Virus record (IMG/VR): IMGVR_UViG_3300048780_000186
Direction: 5' to 3' (one strand)
Source of the DNA: an uncultured virus (IMG/VR IMGVR_UViG_3300048780_000186)
Taxonomy: Duplodnaviria; Heunggongvirae; Uroviricota; Caudoviricetes
Length of the DNA stretch: 64,000 nt
Position 1 is the first letter of the stretch; the number at the start of each line of letters is the position of its first letter. Positions 10,433 to 18,175 of the stretch are shown one piece after another. The position numbers and the translations under genes were made by a program. A model generated the notes under the pieces. That model saw only the letters and a list, made by a program, of their open reading frames with translations, ran no database searches and was not told the DNA's origin.

Positions 10433-11702
10433 TCTCCACCTCCGCGCTGGTGTCCGACAGAAGACCCTGCAGATCGGTGATCAGATACTGCAACTCAGGG
10501 CGCGCTTCTTTAAGGCAATGACCAGCGACCGAACAGTAGCTGCATTGCCAGTCACCGAGGCGCTTGATCTTATCCTTCTTGTAATCGTTGTACTTGGTCT
10601 TGCCGATGGCGCCATGCTCGAACAGCAGTTCGACACGAACCGGCGAATAGGACCATTCGTACTCGGCCGGCGGCCAGAACGAGGATGGCAGAAGACGGAC
10701 TTCATCTTCCAGCAGCGTCAGGTAGTTGCTTTCAGCGATCAGGTCTTCCCGCGTCTTCTGAACGAAGCCTTCACCGTCAACCACATCCTGGGCACACAAC
10801 ACCAGCTTCAGAGACGGCGGCGGAAGGATGCCCTTCTGTGCCAGGTTCTGAGCGCCTTGAGCCCGCGCGCGGAACCAGTAGCCCTGCTGGGTCTTGTACC
10901 GGGAGTAGACCGATTCCATCGTGAATATCTTGAACGGCACACCATCCACCTGCGGATAGTGGAAGCCGTCGAAGTCCTGGTATATCTCGATGGTGAATTC
11001 CTTGCGGCTTGCCGAGTCACGGTCCACGTACAGCAACTTGCCACCGATCGGACCATCGCTCATGCTCTTGACCATCTTCTTGTCGGCCTCGGAGCGGTTG
11101 CGATGCTCGAACACTTCGCCGTTCTTCTTGAAGTCACGGACCTTCTTGTCCAGAACCTTGCGCTCGTCGAGCGACTTCTGGATCATGGCCTTCAGGCGCT
11201 TGCCGGTGCGGGCCTCGAGGATATACAGGCAAATCTGGATGAGGTTTTCCAGCTTTGGCTTGTTCATCGTCTCGATTTCCTTCTTCGCGTAGTAGCCGGA
11301 GTACGACTTGCACTCCAGAATCCAACCACGCTTGTCCACCGGGTCGACGGCGATCACATCGAACTCCAGAGACAAGGTGATGTCCCGGATGAAGTGCTTC
11401 ACACCGTTGGCTGCGTAGATTCCCGCCAGCTTGGCCTGGTCGGTCAGGCCCGACTCAATTGCGCGGCCCATGAGCCACTTCCAGGCGCCGGTGGCATCGG
11501 CAGGGTTAGTGACTGAGAAGCCCATCATTCGCATGAAGGATGCACGATGGCACTTCCCGACGATATTGAAGAGAGTCTTGTCCACACGCTCGGCCGAAGC
11601 CTCCGACGGCCATACAGCCGGCGTCTTGGAAGCATAGGGATCTCCCATCTCTTCCTTGACCAATGCAGGGTCAAGATACGAAAACACATTGAACGTTCCC
11701 AT
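10425..11702 (-). CDS. Cas4-like PD-(D/E)XK exonuclease
   Basis: PSE..CHR, FDVI..ILECKS, QICLY, WQCSYCSVAGHC. Confidence 0.8.
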   Translation of the reverse strand: MGTFNVFSYLDPALVKEEMGDPYASKTPAVWPSEASAERVDKTLFNIVGKCHRASFMRMMGFSVTNPADATGAWKWLMGRAIESGLTDQAKLAGIYAANGVKHFIRDITLSLEFDVIAVDPVDKRGWILECKSYSGYYAKKEIETMNKPKLENLIQICLYILEARTGKRLKAMIQKSLDERKVLDKKVRDFKKNGEVFEHRNRSEADKKMVKSMSDGPIGGKLLYVDRDSASRKEFTIEIYQDFDGFHYPQVDGVPFKIFTMESVYSRYKTQQGYWFRARAQGAQNLAQKGILPPPSLKLVLCAQDVVDGEGFVQKTREDLIAESNYLTLLEDEVRLLPSSFWPPAEYEWSYSPVRVELLFEHGAIGKTKYNDYKKDKIKRLGDWQCSYCSVAGHCLKEARPELQYLITDLQGLLSDTSAEVEIG

Positions 11703-11710
11703 GTTGCCAC

Positions 11711-11722
11711 CTTACTGTTAGT
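11711..11722. promoter_or_regulatory. operator-like motif A (CTTACTGTTAGT)
   Basis: Overlaps the RBS of the exonuclease-UvsY-RecA operon. Confidence 0.55.
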
Positions 11723-11761
11723 TCGGTTGGGTACCAAAGCAACGCTCTGGCACCCTCCCGG

Positions 11762-13741
11762 TTACTTGTCCAACCCGCAGACTTCCCTGAGGTTCTTCTT
11801 GTCCCTCGCGGCTTCGCGCCATTCAGCCGGCACATAGCGGAGGTTGTCGACGTAGAGCAGCGCCAGATTCGTCATCCGCTCCACCTCATCGGTGTTGGGG
11901 ATGATGTTGTCGAAGGCAGCATCCCAGTCGCTGAGGAAGACTCGCAGGTCATCCTTCTCGTCTGTCTTGCGCTCGGCCCTGATCGTTTCATCGAAGGCTG
12001 CCTGAAGGAGCTGCTCCATCTCGGCGCCCGTCCAGATCCGCTTCGGGTCATAGAGCAGCCGGCCAAGGCCAGCTTGCGGGTTATTCTTGGAAGCAATCAG
12101 ATCGTCGGCCAGGACAATCTTGTGCTTGTGGGTCTGCGACTTCAGGATGGCCCAGCGCCCCTTGGCATCCCCCTTGGCAGGCGGAAGCATCGGGATCTTG
12201 ACATCCATACGTCCTGCGCGGATCAACGCAGCATCCAGCAGTTCGGGTCGGTTGGTCGCCGCCAGGAACACGACCTTGCCGACGCGGCCGGGGTCCGACA
12301 GCCAGGTCATCAATGAGTTGAAGACACGAGCTGAGGTGCCTGAATCGCCTGCCGACTGTCGCCCGCTGGAAAACACCGAATCCAGTTCGTCGCCGAAGAC
12401 CACGCATGGGGCGGCAGCTTCGATCGCTTCAATCAGCTTGCGAGTATTGGATTCCGTCTCCCCAACCAGACCACCGAAGACCTTGCCGAAGTCGACAATG
12501 ATGAAGTTGACGCCGGCCTCCTTGGCCAGAGCCCAGGCAGCCATCGTCTTGCCGGTCCCGGGCGGCCCAGTCATCAGGGCGCCGCGGGCGCAGAGCTTCT
12601 TGTTCCCCGACCGAAGCGGCTTGATGATCTTCCACTGGCAAAAGTCCTTGAAATGGTCATGGCCTCCGATCAACTCAAAGCCGAAAGACGGCTCCTTGAT
12701 GTCAATCATGCCGCCGTACTCGTCCTCAAGCGCGCGCTTCTTGCGTTCCTGAACCAATGGAAAGTCCACCGGCACCTGGTTGCGCCAGGAGTTCAGGATG
12801 ACATCCTTGATCTGGCGCCGATTCATTCCTGCCGACTGAAGAGCAAACTCCTGAATGCTGAAATCACAGGCCAGGTCGATCCCGGTCACATTGGTGTTCT
12901 CGCCGATGGTCAGCGCACCGTCCTTTACAACCCGGTTCTTGATGTTGGTCTCGAAGTTGTTGAGCCATTCCAACCGGTCCTGCAGGTTAGGCTTCCGGAC
13001 GATGTGGCTGACAGCCAGTTCGCCGCGGATCGACTCATGAATATCGGACAGGTGCCGGGTCATCAAGATGATCCGATTCCGGTCTCCAATCGCTTTGTCC
13101 TGGGCCCAGTTCCGGATGTTCACAATAGCGCCACGGTCGCATCCCAGGTTGGCGATGTCGCCGCGCGGGAATAGGCTGTCGGAATCGGTAAACACCAGGG
13201 TCAGACACAGCTCCCGCTGCAAGGCCTGGTCCTGTGTGAGCTTGATCTTGTTGTCGGTCAGGATCTTCTTCGAGATGGCGAACCAGTCATTGAGCAGCTT
13301 CATTGCCGCTTCCGGACTCTTGGGCTCGAAGTAGGTCTTGCCCATGTCTTCGATCACGTCTTCGCCAAGCACCTGCTTGAAAGTCTCGATCCACATCGTC
13401 TTGCTCTTCGGATCGGGAAAATCCAGGCCAGTGGACGTGTTGTAGAAGGCCATAATGCGGGTCTTCTGCGATACACGCCGGACCGACTGAATGCCGGCTT
13501 CCTTGTTGTCCAAAACCGCATTCGGATTGAGACTCTTCTGGATGTTGTCGTCGTAACAGGAGGCCAACACCTTCCTGATCGGCAGGTCATTGCCGGCATT
13601 ATCTACGAAGTCGTAGATGTTGCCGTGCAGGATGAAAACGTGGGAGATCTGCGCCTGATAGTCATCCGTGATGAGCCTGACAAAGTCAGGCACGCCGCGT
13701 TGCACTACCCGAGGGCTTTTAACTGTTGCTTTGGGAGGCAT
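11762..13741 (-). CDS. AAA+ ATPase, Ycf46/SpoVK-like
   Basis: GPPGTGKT, VFGDELD, AATNRPELLDAALIRAGRMD; degenerate N-terminal AAA domain. Confidence 0.9.
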   Translation of the reverse strand: MPPKATVKSPRVVQRGVPDFVRLITDDYQAQISHVFILHGNIYDFVDNAGNDLPIRKVLASCYDDNIQKSLNPNAVLDNKEAGIQSVRRVSQKTRIMAFYNTSTGLDFPDPKSKTMWIETFKQVLGEDVIEDMGKTYFEPKSPEAAMKLLNDWFAISKKILTDNKIKLTQDQALQRELCLTLVFTDSDSLFPRGDIANLGCDRGAIVNIRNWAQDKAIGDRNRIILMTRHLSDIHESIRGELAVSHIVRKPNLQDRLEWLNNFETNIKNRVVKDGALTIGENTNVTGIDLACDFSIQEFALQSAGMNRRQIKDVILNSWRNQVPVDFPLVQERKKRALEDEYGGMIDIKEPSFGFELIGGHDHFKDFCQWKIIKPLRSGNKKLCARGALMTGPPGTGKTMAAWALAKEAGVNFIIVDFGKVFGGLVGETESNTRKLIEAIEAAAPCVVFGDELDSVFSSGRQSAGDSGTSARVFNSLMTWLSDPGRVGKVVFLAATNRPELLDAALIRAGRMDVKIPMLPPAKGDAKGRWAILKSQTHKHKIVLADDLIASKNNPQAGLGRLLYDPKRIWTGAEMEQLLQAAFDETIRAERKTDEKDDLRVFLSDWDAAFDNIIPNTDEVERMTNLALLYVDNLRYVPAEWREAARDKKNLREVCGLDK

Positions 13742-13982
13742 TTGGTCCTGCCCATCCTTTCAGTGTGAGTTGACCGGGGCCATTCGTGGACGGCATGTCC
13801 CGAAGGAACCGATCGCGCGCGACATAGTGCTCGATGTACGCCTGCAGGGCCAAAGCCGAGTCAGGTTCAATCGTGATGCACTGCCGATAAACGGGATCGC
13901 TCTCAATACGTTCCATGTCAAGGGACACACGGGCTTCAACGTCGAGAGCGATCTCGAACAGGTCCTCTGGACCTCGAGCCAT
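13719..13982 (-). CDS. hypothetical protein
   Basis: 87 aa, GAGG RBS. Confidence 0.55.
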   Translation of the reverse strand: MARGPEDLFEIALDVEARVSLDMERIESDPVYRQCITIEPDSALALQAYIEHYVARDRFLRDMPSTNGPGQLTLKGWAGPNASQSNS

Positions 13983-13990
13983 ACAACCTC

Positions 13991-14224
13991 TCAGTCTTGT
14001 TTGGGTGGAACGATCACTTCAAGACGAAGCTTTTTGATCTTGAGTCGGCCGGTGGAGATTCGAGGATCGAGGGCATCCAGAGGAGCAACCTTCAGTTCCT
14101 TTTTGAAGAGCCGGACTGCTTCCTCTGCATTGTCTGCAACCTGATTCTTGAATGCCGTGAATGGAACCTCGGCCACACCGGAGAATTCAACCCGGTACTC
14201 GTGGAATCTACGCTGCTTTGGCAT
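13991..14224 (-). CDS. hypothetical protein
   Basis: Start MPKQRR behind GGAGG. Confidence 0.55.
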   Translation of the reverse strand: MPKQRRFHEYRVEFSGVAEVPFTAFKNQVADNAEEAVRLFKKELKVAPLDALDPRISTGRLKIKKLRLEVIVPPKQD

Positions 14225-14792
14225 AGAAGTTCCTCCGGGCACGCAGGCTCCGAAGAACTTCCAAAGCGTGCAATGCGCCATTCAACCCGCCATGAGGCTT
14301 CTTCTCTTCCCCGATGCCGAGATGAATTGCAACCGGGTCCTTGCCGATCTTAGGCAGCGGGCCAAGCACACCCCAGGCGATGCTGGGAATGTCGATCAGA
14401 TGCCGCTCGAATGGACCGTACTCTTCCCGCGAACGATCAGCTTCCTGATGCGGAAAGTGGAACCGGATGGCTTCATTCACGAAGCCCCAGTCAAAGCGTG
14501 TGCTGTACGAAGCAAACACACCCTGCCGCCCAAAGGCGAAGAAGGAGAGCCAGCCGTTGCGCGGATCTACCGCATGGCGCCAACCCTCAGGGGTATAGCC
14601 GTTGACCTGAAGTGCGATCGGATTCGCCAGTTCGATATGGGCCGGCGCAATCTTGGCACTGAAGGTCGCTTCGATTTCCAGGCTGGCCTGGTCCACACGA
14701 ACGGCACCGATGTCGATGACTTCGTGTACGAGTGGGTCGAGACCTGTTGTTTCCAGGTCCACGATCACCAGAGAGCGATCAATGAAATCCAT
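14208..14792 (-). CDS. DEDDh 3'-5' exonuclease (DnaQ-like)
   Basis: IVDLETTGLD, RFDWGF, KPH. Confidence 0.85.
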   Translation of the reverse strand: MDFIDRSLVIVDLETTGLDPLVHEVIDIGAVRVDQASLEIEATFSAKIAPAHIELANPIALQVNGYTPEGWRHAVDPRNGWLSFFAFGRQGVFASYSTRFDWGFVNEAIRFHFPHQEADRSREEYGPFERHLIDIPSIAWGVLGPLPKIGKDPVAIHLGIGEEKKPHGGLNGALHALEVLRSLRARRNFYAKAA

Positions 14793-14801
14793 AGTTCCTC
14801 G

Positions 14802-15482
14802 TTAGGCGCAGGCCAGCATCTGATCGTCAGGGCCTTCGTCTTTGTGGGAGTAGTCTTCGCACCCCTCTTTGCCGTCGATGGCGGTCAGAGAGTCAGGAAA
14901 GCCGGTGATCTGCACCAGCCCTGCTTCCGGGTCAACAACCATCTCGACGATGTTGGCGTGAAGATCCTTGGGGTTATACCGCGTCGACAGGAAGTGAACT
15001 TCCTGGTTCCGCGAACCACAAAGCGGTTTGTCGTCGCAACGTTGCAACTGGTTGTAGCGGCCGGCGATGATGAAGTCCATCTGCTTGAGAATGGCGTTGG
15101 ACAGTTTGGCGTCACCGGGAATCATAGTGCGGAGTTCCGGATGCCACCAGTTGAACTTGCCATCCCGCAGCTCCTGCAGGGTGTATCCCGTGAAGGAACC
15201 GATAGACAGTTCCGGCCGGCGTTCTTTTATGAAGCTGATAAGCAGCTCCAGGGCCGGCGCCTGTTGGAAGGGCTCACCCCCGGAGAACGTCACACCTTCC
15301 ACATTCTGGTTGAGAATCCAGTCGGCGAGTTCGCTGATGAGCATGTCCTTGTCTTTGACAAAAGGATGGGTCTCGGAGTTCCAGCATTCAGAACAAGCCA
15401 GGCTGCAACCCTGAACCCAAACCACAACACGTTCGCCCGGGCCGTTGGCAGTGCTGTTTGCGATGCGATTGTGAATGTACAT
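14802..15482 (-). CDS. radical SAM protein, NrdG-like activase family
   Basis: NGPGERVVVWVQGCSLACSECWN, GVTFSGGEP, GSRNQ. Confidence 0.9.
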   Translation of the reverse strand: MYIHNRIANSTANGPGERVVVWVQGCSLACSECWNSETHPFVKDKDMLISELADWILNQNVEGVTFSGGEPFQQAPALELLISFIKERRPELSIGSFTGYTLQELRDGKFNWWHPELRTMIPGDAKLSNAILKQMDFIIAGRYNQLQRCDDKPLCGSRNQEVHFLSTRYNPKDLHANIVEMVVDPEAGLVQITGFPDSLTAIDGKEGCEDYSHKDEGPDDQMLACA

Positions 15483-15490
15483 TGCTACTC

Positions 15491-15832
15491 CTAGCAGGGC
15501 TTGCCCAGCCCAAACGGATCGGAACCACCAAGGTCGATCACCGCCTGGCGAAGCTGATAAGTTTGCCGCTTCAAGGTCATGACCTCGGTTGTCTTGATCT
15601 GTGCGCGCGTCATGCAGTTCAGGCATTCGATGGCTTCAACCTCGAAAGCATGGGACTTCGGATCGGTCTCCGTGAAGGTGACTACTCCGTTTTCCCATGC
15701 TTCCGTTCTCCTCACCTGGCTGTTGCCGTAGAGCACAAAGGTTGTTGACTTGCAGTTAGGACACTGAATGTTCCGAGGGTCGATGTCCTCTGCACTTACG
15801 TCCTGCTCCATCATCACGATGGAACTTGCCAT
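15491..15832 (-). CDS. zinc-ribbon protein
   Basis: CPNC...CLNC. Confidence 0.65.
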   Translation of the reverse strand: MASSIVMMEQDVSAEDIDPRNIQCPNCKSTTFVLYGNSQVRRTEAWENGVVTFTETDPKSHAFEVEAIECLNCMTRAQIKTTEVMTLKRQTYQLRQAVIDLGGSDPFGLGKPC

Positions 15833-15834
15833 GT

Positions 15835-16080
15835 TTAAGCCTCGTCCTCGTCTTCGTCGTCATCGTCGTCGTACTCGACAGGTGTGTTGTCCAGCTCGGG
15901 AATGTTGGCGATGTCGACTGAATCAATGGCGACCCATTCGCCCTTCTCAGGTTCCAAATCAACCTTGAGCTTGATGGCGATTTCCCTGGCGTCACGATCC
16001 GGTGCTCCGCGGTAGAGGTACACCGTTTCACCGTACTGATGGTGGTGAACCAGTGCGTGGACCATCTGTGGCTCGGGCAT
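15835..16080 (-). CDS. hypothetical protein with acidic tail
   Basis: 81 aa. Confidence 0.6.
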   Translation of the reverse strand: MPEPQMVHALVHHHQYGETVYLYRGAPDRDAREIAIKLKVDLEPEKGEWVAIDSVDIANIPELDNTPVEYDDDDDEDEDEA

Positions 16081-16082
16081 GG

Positions 16083-16280
16083 CTACCGTCCTGACGTGAC
16101 TCGGTTTCCGTTGCCGGGCCCAGCGTAGAATTCAGGCTTGATGGTTTCCTTGGTGACCGTACCCATGGATTCAAAAGCCTGGTGAATGGCCTGGCAGCCC
16201 TGACCGTGGAACCCTTCGGTATCCACGGAGAACGTGCCTGCCTCTTTGTCGATGTCAATGGTGACAATCTTCTGTGGCAT
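16083..16280 (-). CDS. DUF2997-family protein
   Basis: VDTEGFHGQGC...KPEFY. Confidence 0.75.
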   Translation of the reverse strand: MPQKIVTIDIDKEAGTFSVDTEGFHGQGCQAIHQAFESMGTVTKETIKPEFYAGPGNGNRVTSGR

Positions 16281-16282
16281 TG

Positions 16283-16690
16283 CTACCCTCTCTGAGTGAA
16301 TTGGAGCCGGATCTTGCCGTTCGGAAGTTCCGTACGACTGATCTGCTCCAGGTCGAGTTTCTGGACAATTCGCATTGCCTTGGCTTCGGTTGCAAGGCCG
16401 ATAATCTCCTTGAGCCAACCGTCGCCGTAGCCGTGGGACTTGTCGAAGTCGCTGATGATGGCCGCAAACGAACCATCTTCCTGCCGCTTGAACCCAATGT
16501 CATTCGAAGCGCGGCCAACCTGCGTGCGTGGAATGATGATCTCCGCAGTGTCCTTGCGTTTATCACCCATGTAGCCTTCCAAAGACACAGGTTGGCTGTG
16601 GCGCAAGGGTGAGAAGCCCTTCTGCTTCAGAGCTTCCTCGAGGGCGCGCGCATCGTTGATCTTGGTCTTTCGTTCCCGGTAAAGGGACAT
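16283..16690 (-). CDS. DUF1257 (Ycf35-like) protein
   Basis: KTKINDARALEEALKQKG, GYMG, SNDIGFKRQEDGSFAAIISDFD. Confidence 0.8.
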   Translation of the reverse strand: MSLYRERKTKINDARALEEALKQKGFSPLRHSQPVSLEGYMGDKRKDTAEIIIPRTQVGRASNDIGFKRQEDGSFAAIISDFDKSHGYGDGWLKEIIGLATEAKAMRIVQKLDLEQISRTELPNGKIRLQFTQRG

Positions 16691-16716
16691 GACTTCCTTT
16701 CGGAAAGGCGGGGCGC

Positions 16717-17133
16717 CTAAGCGCCCACCTTCTCGTACTGGTAACGGACAATCGGCCGGCCGTCGACAACCAGTTCTTGCTTGCCAATGAGGCTCAGGCC
16801 AAGTGTTTCTGCCGTCGCCCGTGCCTTGGCCACCGTGTACTCGCCCTGAACCTTCTTGACGAACTGCTCGGGCGTGAACTGGCGGATGATGTACGAATCC
16901 ATGCCGACGGTGTAGTAGCCATCGTCGCCACGCTGGAACCCGATGTCCCCGCGAAGCGCCGTGTCTTCCTTCTTCAGCACGATGTCGTAACCGTTGCGGT
17001 TGTCGTAGCTCTGATCGCCACGGACGGTTTGGTTCTTGCCGAGGATGGGGTTGTAACCCATCTTCTTGAGGGTGTCGACGAGACAACGTCTGTCATTCAT
17101 CGTCCCTGCCTTGAGCTGTCGAAAACTGCTCAT
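16717..17133 (-). CDS. DUF1257 (Ycf35-like) protein, second paralog
   Basis: DRRCLVDTLKKMG, VRG, DIGFQRGDDGYYTV. Confidence 0.75.
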   Translation of the reverse strand: MSSFRQLKAGTMNDRRCLVDTLKKMGYNPILGKNQTVRGDQSYDNRNGYDIVLKKEDTALRGDIGFQRGDDGYYTVGMDSYIIRQFTPEQFVKKVQGEYTVAKARATAETLGLSLIGKQELVVDGRPIVRYQYEKVGA

Positions 17134-17894
17134 ACGTTCTGCTCCTTCTTGAAAGCTCGGCTCATGAGCGTGGAGATCTGGCCCCACGGCGCATAGTTGC
17201 CGGTCAGTTTGTCTCGAGGAAAGACGAGCACTGGCGGCGCCTGTCCATAAGCGGGAAGCGCCCTGACTCCGTGGAACGAAAGGCCATTGAGATGGGACCC
17301 TTCCTTCGTGATGAAATGGTCCAGCACTTCGGCAACCTTCGTGAACTTGTAATCGTTCAAGTTGTCGCCGTGGCCTTCCGGGAATCTCCACAGCATGCAC
17401 AGATCCTTGAGAGCAAGGTCTTCCCGCAGGCTGAAGAGGCCCGTGTAGGCGCAGGTGTGGCCACCTGGCTCAAAGTACCGATCGGAAGTATGAGTGGCCT
17501 CATTGATCCCGTGGTACTTGACGATGTGGTTCTTGAGGGTCAGGTGTTGAGCCGTTCCACCTGCCGTCCGGAGGACGGTGGACGTGTACTGGCTGTAACC
17601 AAACTTCGAGTCCTGGTTGGGAACAATCTTGAGGACGTTCCCGAACTTCTTCTCGTCGTTCGCAGTGCTGATGACGTTGGTTTCTTCGTAGAACCAGAGG
17701 TCAATCGGCTTCGCAGTTAGGAAACAGGCCTGCACGACATTGCCGCAGGTCGGACAGTAATGGCCATACACCAGGTCCCGTTCAAATCGCGTGTACCTGG
17801 GATCGCCTTTGTAGGCCGACCGCGGAGAGAACTGGATGCTGCAAGCTGCAGATCCAGGCTTACCGATGAATTCGATCAATAGTAGCCCCTCCAA
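17130..17894 (-). CDS. hypothetical protein
   Basis: 254 aa, CPTC. Confidence 0.65.
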   Translation of the reverse strand: MEGLLLIEFIGKPGSAACSIQFSPRSAYKGDPRYTRFERDLVYGHYCPTCGNVVQACFLTAKPIDLWFYEETNVISTANDEKKFGNVLKIVPNQDSKFGYSQYTSTVLRTAGGTAQHLTLKNHIVKYHGINEATHTSDRYFEPGGHTCAYTGLFSLREDLALKDLCMLWRFPEGHGDNLNDYKFTKVAEVLDHFITKEGSHLNGLSFHGVRALPAYGQAPPVLVFPRDKLTGNYAPWGQISTLMSRAFKKEQNV

Positions 17895-18175
17895 GCTTTG
17901 CGGCGGAGAGCAACCTCTGCGGGATTGTTATGCGCCTCGAAGAGGCCTGCACCTTGCCGCGCTGTGATCTCCAGGAACGGCAAGAGTCTCTCGAACACAA
18001 CAGGCTCAACCTTCATCACCAGATAGAAAGCCTCTTGTGATTTCAGGACCATCTTCTGGCCCAGAGACACGGCTTTGAGCAGCCGTGTCCAGGTAAATGC
18101 GCTGGTGCGAGGAGGCCAGGTCAGGAAGAGCATGGCATCGATAACGATCATCACGTTCTTCTGGATGGTGGTCAT
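17876..18175 (-). CDS. hypothetical protein
   Basis: 99 aa, ATGA coupling. Confidence 0.55.
   Translation of the reverse strand: MTTIQKNVMIVIDAMLFLTWPPRTSAFTWTRLLKAVSLGQKMVLKSQEAFYLVMKVEPVVFERLLPFLEITARQGAGLFEAHNNPAEVALRRKAWRGYY

Noticed and set aside
3840..11702. CRISPR-Cas locus suggested by Cas4-like genes
   Set aside because: No repeat-spacer array and no cas1, cas2 or effector genes are present in the window.
14802..15482. Anaerobic class III RNR system
   Set aside because: No NrdD in the window; the RNR present is class II.
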